Shown in pieces: positions 27,501 through 34,617 of a stretch of DNA of 64,000 nt (positions are counted from its first letter, which is position 1; each line of letters opens with the position of its first letter). The notes below the pieces were generated by a model, which had not been told where the DNA came from, did no database searches, and worked only from the letters and a program-made list of their open reading frames with translations. The stretch is taken from the NCBI GenBank assembly GCA_902780565.1, contig CACZGD010000014.1, positions 1,977 through 65,976 of the forward strand. The letters are read 5' to 3'. Position numbers and translations under genes: made by a program. The DNA is from Oscillospiraceae bacterium (lineage in GTDB: Bacteria; Bacillota; Clostridia; Oscillospirales; Acutalibacteraceae).

Positions 27501-28898
27501 AGATATTTCCTGAACCTGAGCAGGGAAATATGCCTCGTTTACTCCGTCATAAACCATTACTACAGTTTTCGGAATAAACATTTTCCACTTCATTGCACTT
27601 TCATTAAAGAAATCTCCATTGTTGCTTATCACGCTTGTCTCATCGCCATTGGCGTTCGCCGGAGAAGCATAAACAAGATTTCCGTAACCGCCGTTCGCCG
27701 CATCTGCATAATGGTACGCGATGGCATTGAAAGTGTTTGCCCCCTGCGCAAAACCGGTATTTGCAGTATTTGCGTTATAGTTCGGCTCGTTCGCGTTGAC
27801 AAGCAGCGTCATCTTGTCGCCGATGCCGGTCGCGGCGGCGTCGATCTCGTCCTGCGTGACCTCACGGTCGGCAAGGATGCGCTTCGCTTCGGCAAGGGCG
27901 GCGGTGAACTGCTCCACCGTCTGAACGTCCTGCAGCACGTTCGCGTAGTTGTTCGCGGCGTCCGCGTCGGCGGCGGCGATCAGGGAATTCAGTTCGGACT
28001 TATCGTAAACGGTGACTTTGATCTCCACGCCGGGCGTACCGTTGGCGTCATACTTCACGCCCGCGACGTCCTGAATGGTGGTCTGATAGTCGTCGCCGGT
28101 CATCCCCGCCTTGTTGAGTCTCGCGCCGGAGTTGGAACGCCAGACGAAGGTGGAATAGCGCTGCGCGGCGCCGAGGGAGAAGCTGCCCGTGGGATTGAAG
28201 GTGACTTCGCCGGTGCTTTCGGCGGTGCCGGTGAGCAGCACGTACTCGTTGAAATCGCCGTTCTCGGTGTTGTTTCTCCACACGATCATGGACTCATACT
28301 CGGACTGATAGTCCTCGTTGTCGCCGAGCGCGTAGGAGATCAGGTTATCGGAGCCTCTGGCGTCGTTCGAGAAATCGAAGTGGGAGGAGGAGCTGCTTCT
28401 CAGCTTCGTGCCCTCCGTCACCGTGCCCTGATGCCCATAGTTGGAGATCAGCTCGGAGATCGGGGAGAAGCCGGGTCTCGAGGTCTCGCCCCACGTGGCG
28501 GAGGAGAGCATCACACGGAAGTCGGTCCAGTCGGAACCGGAAGCGCCGCCGTAGTTGGCGGTCATGTGGCCCATATAGCCCGCGCCCTGAAGCGTCTCGC
28601 CGACGTTGAGGTAGATGTGGGAGGGATATTCAAACTTCAGCCAGCCGCCCCACGGCTTCGTATTGAAATAGCCGGAGGAGGGTTCCCAGTTAAAGGAAAC
28701 GTTGGCAAGCTCGGTCGTCTTGTCCCATTTTTCGGCGCCGTACAACGTGGCGTCGGAGAACCAGGTATCAGCGTTGTCTCTCGTCGGAATGCCGGGGATC
28801 TCGGCAAACGACACGGCGCCGAGCACACTGAACATACCCAGCACCATCAGCAGCGATAAAAATACGCTGAGGGTCTTTTTGAAGGCTTTCGTCTTCAT
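21573..28898 (-). CDS. giant secreted repeat protein 1 (2441 aa)
   Basis: Signal peptide MKTKAFKKTLSVFLSLLMVLGMFSVLGAVSFA, with an AAAGGA SD. It has an N-terminal roughly 300-aa domain homologous to the neighbouring gene, FIVAR-like helices and Cys/His modules. Units such as YTVTF...GYxFxGW resemble Listeria-Bacteroides (Flg_new) repeats and alternate with acidic helical linkers. The C-terminal module IQFTNMHGMHY... and the FFKNLFK tail are shared with protein 2. I found no LPXTG or SLH motif. Confidence 0.85.
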   Translation of the reverse strand: MKTKAFKKTLSVFLSLLMVLGMFSVLGAVSFAEIPGIPTRDNADTWFSDATLYGAEKWDKTTELANVSFNWEPSSGYFNTKPWGGWLKFEYPSHIYLNVGETLQGAGYMGHMTANYGGASGSDWTDFRVMLSSATWGETSRPGFSPISELISNYGHQGTVTEGTKLRSSSSSHFDFSNDARGSDNLISYALGDNEDYQSEYESMIVWRNNTENGDFNEYVLLTGTAESTGEVTFNPTGSFSLGAAQRYSTFVWRSNSGARLNKAGMTGDDYQTTIQDVAGVKYDANGTPGVEIKVTVYDKSELNSLIAAADADAANNYANVLQDVQTVEQFTAALAEAKRILADREVTQDEIDAAATGIGDKMTLLVNANEPNYNANTANTGFAQGANTFNAIAYHYADAANGGYGNLVYASPANANGDETSVISNNGDFFNESAMKWKMFIPKTVVMVYDGVNEAYFPAQVQEISENKWGISNNRAILYLASNNINLAVRDDWKYSSSGNDNWPYWSPRINNDGNGAVVAKGSIVNGAYGSNNGAAKYSDGTPIPVIDYHNNTYRYYWNSVKYVPTEEMGNTTSYYDIINNAEFVISTYCSWVGGNAFVPTIMPTGTSQFVINYKPVYERIGTLTDNRDNDAVDVLAKIEGPDVWQYTEASVKRAKATIAAMIAANPNNFNYDGTNTAQGVADCAAAIKDAVYMIDHDGLVLEKKQGTVTFVDQLGNTLAINGQPATYTKDYGKTVAANEIPQLSNAYYRADNAEWDYSEDLSWEPALPATIIVNEPEQIYQIHDSQSVQAYTVTFYDEDGSTVLVSGDWYYGDYPDYGSTYIKDALAKDPSLRAEDVDVVTPTKQDYDYNYEVTGWKDGDNNEFSGLNAILNSFIAEGANYNSRAYLAGDKFTKYVAVYEKTAREDADYTAYEAAKAAAEAVRDMEGIKAADAVAIQQIIDQAEALAHDTTVTPSRNYRSDDETGVQNIADAVALLQSVVSTYTDGEGNILDEHKETFTVTVTPGTNTTLTVKNGDTVVNSGDAVLYGTVLTIEAAPAAGYEQSNTVTVKIDGEAYAESTYTVKKAITVSTDDIADDSANRYTVTWVDQWGTVIATASVKHGWATTMPINDPADVRIEDKVWRFDHWDNGLTHGQSVSVTADTIITAIYTLTDEVAKYTVTFLNDDNYTKLAEGEYEWNEPVVVPGTPVSTRRTVALDYAFLGWTPEVAANVTGDATYVATYETQAHDRLYNVKWVYGSAQTVAKEGVLPYNTVFTAEIIPADIFVKDDKVTHNKYSWSERNGTALADHIGASTTEVTIFAVGGSARHEGTPAYEWVGSDEAGYTKCIGTMTCAVCGEELRVECDITPSTHTGENCRDRSYVYYPAYLAGSGEASYFENQYKTVYGEPGDHFYPTGSEKVTWNTDDLSNVTCVITEECAYCGEVRVSNGEVSVYDKTDATCVEPETTVFQATFEHWTTQYSEEIETAPVNPTAHEYYQVNEATTVRPVKDETTGEWSKGELHIGCEHTYDWETGAYDASHDKVIANVDRADYTAYDETYAKFAEIAALDIAPDTVVTVESPYGTQEIPFSQVLAYVTQATDSANGFPQDYTTTHGGEFDEQPIVDQMVEQMGMIIDMIYNEDGTVKDGLLNEYTVTWNVDGAETAETYHKGDLPDFKGSTDKADDTLYAYTFTGWDPEPLAVTEDATYTAAYSKEYNEDVKNTIEEAEAIVNVDDFDDTYKDAVQDRLDILDDSKLPVATDEEKEAALAELKDLLAEKDDHMKADLDEYQDYDEALEKVNELLNDPDIDPALKAEIEEQLADIADTVVDENDERFKKPGTDEEKQAVTDATAALNDIIAALDGDDDGELDEANKAYTVTFVNGATGETIKSEKVKVGQTPSCELPVKEDDELYTYSYAWDQEIAAVTGDATYTANETKIYNDHVKELIDEAEDVADDETYDEDYRDGIQDDLDVLADPDATDDEKKAAVEDLERKLTDDEKAANVLHTLTVKYENGAADKTLKGKTGAVVTIDDAYPTKEGYAFTGWTADKGAASGKTYTFADGDATVTAGWYDLSELNDAIDDAEDLLDDENLDEAYKEEIREILDEIEDILDNPPVDEDALEELIDELADKISEEEQAKNTLHTLTVYANGAVVRTVRGKEGDRVNLAVPAAPDKFYFSGWTVTAGSVNGNDYTFARADAEAVANFKLDPTVAEDLIDKAEDILGEGDDVYEDEYLDELQEKLDELNDAINNGADEETVKNLLDELEAIVNDANNNKHVWGPWEIVKEADFGVTGLKRRYCTKDGCTHYQEMEYNISANLDREIQFTNMHGMHYIAHMGETDRYVYTDSKALKWYSGASLTFNVVTGSTFRYDDYVIFMNGQVLEANADGSFTIPAGDNRVVITIVGAVKGDDDQGATPSSGSGVCKLCGKDHGTTIWGRIVAFFHLIVYFFKNLFK

Positions 28899-28952
28899 TT
28901 CATCATCGTCCTTTCGTATAATCGTATAAGAGAAAAAAACTCATACAGAATT

Positions 28953-28981
28953 ATTATACAGAAAACCCGGCTTCCCCGCAA
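28953..28981 (-). promoter_or_regulatory. candidate promoter for giant gene 1
   Basis: The minus strand reads TTGCGG-17 nt-TATAAT, about 55 nt upstream of the ATG at 28898. The -35 element is weak. Confidence 0.35.
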
Positions 28982-29156
28982 GGGCTTTTCCGGAAATGGC
29001 ACGGCGGCAATTCCACCAAACTTTTACGGGGGCGTTTAGTAAATGTGTCCTGTTTTTTAACAAGAAAGTCAACATTTTCACATGTGCAGACGGATTTTAT
29101 ATAAAGCAAGCGCCGATTATACACGTTTTTCCGTCCGCGCCGCGGTCCGCTTGGGC

Positions 29157-29188
29157 AGAAAAACGCCCCCGCCGGGAGCCGACGGGGG
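29157..29188 (-). terminator. intrinsic terminator after giant protein gene 2
   Basis: The minus strand reads CCCCCGTCGGCTCCCGGCGGGGG followed by CGTTTTTCTG. Confidence 0.7.
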
Positions 29189-29234
29189 TACGGTACAGGT
29201 TCACGCCTTCGGTCGGGCTGCGCCCGGCGTCGGC

Positions 29235-32200
29235 TTATTTGAACAGGTTGCGGAAGAAGTCCGCAAGGCGGCGGAAGAACGCGGTCAGCGCATCCATGAA
29301 GCTCAGCTTGCCCTTGGAGGCGCCGGGGGTCTGGTCCGCGGAGGAACCGGAGGAGCCCTCGTTCGCGGACGCGCCGGTCACGGTGATCACGGTATACTCC
29401 GCGCCTGCGGGGATGGTGTAGGAGCCGTCCTCATTGGGCGCGATGATCTGGCGGTTCGCGTAGACCACGTACTTCGTGTAGTCATAGGAGGAATAGGACA
29501 CGATGCGGAATGTGAGCGGCAGGTTCGTATACCACTTCAGCGCCTCGGAATTGTGGAAAACAGCGCGCTCGTGATAGAGCATCTGCACCACGAAGTGCAT
29601 ATCGTTCATGTTCGTGAACTGGATCTTGCGGACGCCTTCGCCCTGAATGCTGGTCTCGCGCTCCTCGACCTCGCCGCAGCGGCTGCAGACGCGGCGCTCA
29701 AGACCGTGCTCGGTGATGGTGGCTTCCTTCAGGACCTCCCACGCGCCCCAGTCGTGACCGAGGGCGGGCGTGATCACGTCGTTCTCGAAGGTGTAGGTTT
29801 CGCCTTCGTATTCAACGACGGCTGTGTAGTGGGTGTTGCCGGTGGTGGTGCAGAACGGCTCCACTTCCACGTTCGCGGTCACAGCCGCGTCAAGCGTCCT
29901 GACGTGGGAAGCGTCGTTGCGGCACACGACGGTCACGGTGACGGTCGCGCCGTCCCACTTTGCGGTGGGCGCGCCCCAGTCGTGTCCGGTGGCGGGCAGG
30001 GTGACGTTCTTCGTCGCGGTGTAGGTCTTGCCCTCGAACACGGTGACGGCGGTGTAGGTCTTCACGCCGAAGCCCTCGCAGGTCGGGGCCTTCGTGATTG
30101 TATTGCTCATCGTGACGGCGGGATGCTCCACGTGGCCGGTCTCGGTGGTGCAGGTGAACGCCGCGTCGGCAGTCCAGCCCTCTTCGTCGGAGCCGTTCCA
30201 GGTCCAGACGGGGCCTTCAAACACGTGGCCGAGCGGGTCGATGTCCTCGGTCTCGCGGTAGTCATAGGTCTCGCCGTCGGGTCCGGTGACGGAGCCGGTG
30301 TATTCCTTCTCGCCCTTCTCGTCGGGGGTGGGCTCGTCGATCACGGTCTCGGTCAGGTCGCAGGTCGCAGTGTATACGTGCGCGCTGTTCAGCTTGCACA
30401 CGAAGGTCGCGACGGCGGTCTTCTTATCGGCGGAAACGGTCCAGCTCGGCGCGTTCCAATCGTGGTCCAGCGCGGGCAGAAGGACGGTCTTCGTCTCGGT
30501 ACGGTCGCCGTAGACAGCCGTGTAAACGTCGGCGCCCTCCACCTGACAGGCAGGCTCGGTGTGCTTGACGGTCGCGGTGACGTTCTCGGTCTTTTCGTCG
30601 CCGTCCTTCTGGCAGACAAGCGTCGCGGTCATGTCGGACTCATAGCCGATCACGTTGTCGTCAGCGTCCTTGATCTCGACCCAGTTGAAATGATCGAATT
30701 CATAGCTGTGGGTGTGGGGAAGCGCCGGGATCTCGGTCTTCTTCTCATCGGTGTATTCGTTGCCGTCGGGACCTTCCACCTTTGCGGTGTGGGTGGTTTC
30801 GCCCTTCTCGTCCTCGGTGGGCGCCTTGGTCTGTTCCTTGGTCACGGTCGCGGTCTTCGTAACGGTGTGCGTATTATACCGGCTGCAAACGAAGGTGATA
30901 TCGTCCCTGCCGGTCTTCCAGTCATGGTCGATGAGCTCGAGCGTGATAACCTTTTCTTCGGTCTGATCGCCGTAGGTCGCGGTGTAGGTGGTCTTGCCGG
31001 TATGCTCGCAGTCGGCGGGCACGGTCGCGGTCGTAAGGACTGCGGCCTCCGTCTTCTTGTGGTCGGGGTTCAGTCTGCACTCGAAATCGGCGACTGCCGC
31101 GGTGTAGCCGGTCTCGTCGGAACCGGTCCAGGTAAAGCCCTTGAATTCCCAGTCGTGGTCCAGCGCCGGAAGCAGCACGGAGCGGGTCGGGACCGTCGCG
31201 GGATCGAGGGCGAAGCCTTCGGGCAGGTTTGCGGGAACAACGGGCGTGTAGGTCACGCTGCCGGAGACCTGGCACTTCGGCTCCACGCGGGTTTCGGTGA
31301 GGGTGAGCTGATAGGGGCTGCCCTCCGCTTCGCCGGTGGACCAGACAAGGTCGTGGTCATGAAGGGTCGCGTGGTCGCCTCTGACGCAGGGAATGGTCAG
31401 GGCGGCGTTATAGCCGACGATGGCGTCGCCTTCATAAACGGGCGTCCAGGTCCAGACAGCCTCGCCCCATTCGTGGCCGAGGGCGGCGGCGGGAATATCC
31501 GATTCAGACGTATACGTCTCCCCTTTGAAGGTATAGGAGACGGCATACCGTCTGGAAGCCGCAACGTCGCAGTCGGGCTCGATGCCGTTGACCCAGCTCT
31601 CAAGGACCTCCAGCGGGACGGAATAGGTGTGGTCGGGATGGCCCTCGCAGACGATCACGGCGTCACAGCCCTCGAAGTCCACCAGATGGAGATTTTCGTC
31701 ATAGACGGGCTTCCACTGGAAATGATCGAATTCGTAGGTATGCACGTGCTCCGTCGTCGGGATGGGCTCGTTCTTTTCATCGGTGAAGGTCACGCCCTCG
31801 ATCTCGACGGTTGCAGTATACCTCGTGTTGCCCTCTTCGGTCTCGGTCGCGGGCTTGGTAACGTCGGAGGTCACGGCAGCGTCTTTCGTGATGACGTGCG
31901 TGTCGTAATTCCGGCACTTGACGGTCGCGGTCGCGGTGTAGCCGACGATGTGGTGCGCTTCGTCAAGAATGGGCGTCCAGCTCCAGACCACGTTATCGGG
32001 CGTGAGATCCCAGTCGTGGGCGACGACGGCAAGGGTCTTCGTGCGGGTGTCCGTATGGCCGTCATAGGTCGCGGTATACACGCGCTCGACGGGCGCGTCG
32101 CAGTTCGCTTCGCCGACGTAGGTCACGACAGCGTCTTCTTTGATCATGTGGGAAGCGTTGTTTTTGCAGACGAGCACGGCCTTGGCGGTAAAGCCCTCGG

Positions 32201-34259
32201 CGGTCTCGGTCCACTCGAATTCGGAGAATTTGTAGTCGTGGCCCGTGGCGGGCAGGGTGACGGTCTTCGTATCGGTGTAGGTGCGCTCCGCGTCGTCCTT
32301 ATCCTTCAGAACGACGGAGGCAGTATAGGTCTTTTCTGCGGCATGCTCGCAGTCGGGATCGCCGCCGGTCACGTCAAGCGCCGTATCGGTCACGGTCTGA
32401 TCGTGCCCGTGGTTCCTGTCGCAGGCAAGGAACGCGGTCGCGGCGGTGTAGGCGACGACCGTCTCGCCGTCCTCTGCATAAACAGGCGTCCAGGTCCAGG
32501 TGGGCTCGGCAGCGCGGCCGTGCTCCACAACGAGGGCGTCCCACGCGGCGACAACGTCGTCCATGGCGGCGTCGACGGTCGGCTGATCGTCGGCGGTATA
32601 ATCCGCGCGGCGCGCGTACATATCGGCGATCACGGCGAGTTTTTCATTGTAGTTCGCAATGCTTTCGGCGGTGTGGCAGGGATCGGGCGCGTCATGCTCG
32701 TTGTCCCAGATCACGTACTCGCTGAAATCGGCGGGCGCGTCGGATTTGCGAACGAGCTCGGGGAAGGCGATGCCGTCAATGATCGCCTGCTCGGCGGCGG
32801 CGGAGGCGCCGGGGGTGGCGGTATCTGCAAAGGAGAAGCCGTCGGTGGTGTACTGCTCGCCGGTGCGGGCGGCGGACTTCGCCGTTCTCAGCGCCTTGAC
32901 CTCGGCAATGCGAGCGCGCAGCGCGGACACGGAAGCGGCGGTGTATTCGTCCTCGTGACCGGTGAGCAGCGTCTCAAGCGCGGTAATCCGGGAATACAGC
33001 GCGGCGTCGGAGGCGGCAAAGGTCACGGCGCGCTTGGCGGCGTCCAGCGCCGATTCGGACTCGTTGATCACGGTCTGTGCGGGATCTGCGCCCTCGGGGA
33101 TCGCAATGTAGTTCAGATACCCGTCGTTGCCGAAGCGATCCGCGTCAAGCTCGGGATAGGCTCCGAGCTCTCTCGTGGTCAGCACGGTCCTGGAAGCGGC
33201 AAGCTGCGCGGTAAAGGCGTCCCAGTTGCCGGAGGTCAGGTATTTGGAAACGTAGGGGGCGTTCGCGGCGTCAAACGCGTCGGCCACGCCGATTTCGGTG
33301 TTCAGCGCTTCCTTGTCGTACACAGTCACAAGGATGCGGATGCCGAGCTCATCCTGATCGACCAGAGAGCTCCACATGTTGATGCCGCTCTGTGAAACGG
33401 GCTTCGCGGAAACGTAGGTGTTTTTGAAGGTGCTCGTGAGGCTTGAGGAGCCGGTGTTGAGCAGCGCGCCGTAGGCGCCGCCCTCGCGGATATCCTCATA
33501 GGCGTAGGTGCCGAGGACCTTGGGCGTACCGGTCAGGAAGATATGCTCCTTATAGGCCTTGTTGGTCACGGTGATCTCGTTAGACCCAAGCACGGCGGTG
33601 GCAACGGCCTGATTGCGGCTGCCGTTCCAGAACTCGGCGATATAGCCTTCATTGTCCACGGCGAATTCGGCGTGGTGATACTGGCGGGTATTGGCGCCGG
33701 TCAGATCGTGCGTGGAGCCGTTTCTGAGCAGGGACGTGCCGTCCGTCATGGTGGCAAGATGACCGAAGTTGTCGAACACGGAATACATGGTCGTGTCGGC
33801 GCCGTTGATCGCGCCGCCGCTCACGGGATCCATGACCTCGCCCCAGAAGCGGCCGTTGACCTGCGCGCGGTAGCCGTCGTCGTCGCCGTAGTGCGCGAGC
33901 ACCAGCAGCGTATAGCGGGCGGCCTCCAGCGTCTCGTTCTTATCGAGGTAAATATGGTCGGGATAATAGACCTGCAGATAATCTCTGTAGGAGCCGCTGC
34001 CCTTGTACCACTCGAAATGCTGCGCAAGTCCGGTGTTTCTGTCGGTCTGCGCTTCGATGTCATACACCGGCATGCCGTAAATGGAATGCAGGGCGTCGGC
34101 TGCGCCGTAATCGGCGGCGTTGTTCTTCGTAAACCAGTCCAGATCGTCTCTGGTGGGCAGATCGGTCACGCTCGCCGAAACGGGGAGGGCGAACACACCG
34201 ATCGTCATCAGAACGGTCAGGAGCAGGCTTAACGTACGTCTGAAATACTGTGATTTCAT
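29235..34259 (-). CDS. giant secreted repeat protein 2 (1674 aa), paralogue of protein 1
   Basis: I place the start at MKSQYFRRTLSLLLTVLMTIGVFALPVSA (ATG 34259, GAAAGGAAG SD) rather than at the longer ORF start, 34313. It has the shared N-terminal domain, FIVAR-like helices and about 11 tandem 80-95-aa His/Cys modules. It ends with the shared C-terminal module IQFTNMNDMHF... and the FFRNLFK tail. Confidence 0.85.
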   Translation of the reverse strand: MKSQYFRRTLSLLLTVLMTIGVFALPVSASVTDLPTRDDLDWFTKNNAADYGAADALHSIYGMPVYDIEAQTDRNTGLAQHFEWYKGSGSYRDYLQVYYPDHIYLDKNETLEAARYTLLVLAHYGDDDGYRAQVNGRFWGEVMDPVSGGAINGADTTMYSVFDNFGHLATMTDGTSLLRNGSTHDLTGANTRQYHHAEFAVDNEGYIAEFWNGSRNQAVATAVLGSNEITVTNKAYKEHIFLTGTPKVLGTYAYEDIREGGAYGALLNTGSSSLTSTFKNTYVSAKPVSQSGINMWSSLVDQDELGIRILVTVYDKEALNTEIGVADAFDAANAPYVSKYLTSGNWDAFTAQLAASRTVLTTRELGAYPELDADRFGNDGYLNYIAIPEGADPAQTVINESESALDAAKRAVTFAASDAALYSRITALETLLTGHEDEYTAASVSALRARIAEVKALRTAKSAARTGEQYTTDGFSFADTATPGASAAAEQAIIDGIAFPELVRKSDAPADFSEYVIWDNEHDAPDPCHTAESIANYNEKLAVIADMYARRADYTADDQPTVDAAMDDVVAAWDALVVEHGRAAEPTWTWTPVYAEDGETVVAYTAATAFLACDRNHGHDQTVTDTALDVTGGDPDCEHAAEKTYTASVVLKDKDDAERTYTDTKTVTLPATGHDYKFSEFEWTETAEGFTAKAVLVCKNNASHMIKEDAVVTYVGEANCDAPVERVYTATYDGHTDTRTKTLAVVAHDWDLTPDNVVWSWTPILDEAHHIVGYTATATVKCRNYDTHVITKDAAVTSDVTKPATETEEGNTRYTATVEIEGVTFTDEKNEPIPTTEHVHTYEFDHFQWKPVYDENLHLVDFEGCDAVIVCEGHPDHTYSVPLEVLESWVNGIEPDCDVAASRRYAVSYTFKGETYTSESDIPAAALGHEWGEAVWTWTPVYEGDAIVGYNAALTIPCVRGDHATLHDHDLVWSTGEAEGSPYQLTLTETRVEPKCQVSGSVTYTPVVPANLPEGFALDPATVPTRSVLLPALDHDWEFKGFTWTGSDETGYTAAVADFECRLNPDHKKTEAAVLTTATVPADCEHTGKTTYTATYGDQTEEKVITLELIDHDWKTGRDDITFVCSRYNTHTVTKTATVTKEQTKAPTEDEKGETTHTAKVEGPDGNEYTDEKKTEIPALPHTHSYEFDHFNWVEIKDADDNVIGYESDMTATLVCQKDGDEKTENVTATVKHTEPACQVEGADVYTAVYGDRTETKTVLLPALDHDWNAPSWTVSADKKTAVATFVCKLNSAHVYTATCDLTETVIDEPTPDEKGEKEYTGSVTGPDGETYDYRETEDIDPLGHVFEGPVWTWNGSDEEGWTADAAFTCTTETGHVEHPAVTMSNTITKAPTCEGFGVKTYTAVTVFEGKTYTATKNVTLPATGHDWGAPTAKWDGATVTVTVVCRNDASHVRTLDAAVTANVEVEPFCTTTGNTHYTAVVEYEGETYTFENDVITPALGHDWGAWEVLKEATITEHGLERRVCSRCGEVEERETSIQGEGVRKIQFTNMNDMHFVVQMLYHERAVFHNSEALKWYTNLPLTFRIVSYSSYDYTKYVVYANRQIIAPNEDGSYTIPAGAEYTVITVTGASANEGSSGSSADQTPGASKGKLSFMDALTAFFRRLADFFRNLFK

Positions 34260-34304
34260 ACATGACTTCCTTTCATGGTAAATTGGGATACTAAGCCAAA
34301 GGCT

Positions 34305-34333
34305 ATTATACAAAAAAACAGCAGAAGTTTCAA
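34305..34333 (-). promoter_or_regulatory. sigma-A type promoter for giant gene 2
   Basis: The minus strand reads TTGAAA-17 nt-TATAAT, about 45 nt upstream of the ATG at 34259. Confidence 0.6.
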
Positions 34334-34537
34334 TTGTAACAATCTCTATATAAATTTTCCCCGGTCGAGACGGAATTGTTTATTATCTCCAATAAACCAC
34401 GAATTTAAGAAAATTTATCAATCAACGCTTCCCGCCTGCTGCATGATGCGGCAGCGCTTCCGGTTTATGTCGCAGAGATGACCTTGCGAACAGGCGCTGC
34501 CCGCGCCGCGCGCTGCCGAAGCGCCGTGATACACGTA

Positions 34538-34566
34538 TTGACAATTCCCGGGAAAACTGCTATAAT
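34538..34566 (+). promoter_or_regulatory. consensus sigma-A promoter for glmU-pth-mfd
   Basis: TTGACA (34538..34543), a 17-nt spacer, then TATAAT (34561..34566). Confidence 0.7.
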
Positions 34567-34617
34567 AATATGCTTTTCATTATAATAGAACAGCAGAAAG
34601 CTTTTTGGAGGAAGAGT

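Noticed and set aside
29082-33395. Very long antisense ORFs opposite real genes. Examples: 29082..33395 (+, 1437 aa), 23610..26990 (+, 1126 aa), 17623..20544 (+, 973 aa), 15063..17684 (+, 873 aa), 2707..4986 (-, 759 aa), 49280..51529 (+, 749 aa).
   Set aside because: These are shadow ORFs typical of high-GC genomes with strong GC3 bias. Their translations are Gly/Arg/Val/Ala/Asp-rich low complexity, with no recognisable motifs and no SD-start context. The opposite strand encodes proteins with clear family signatures.
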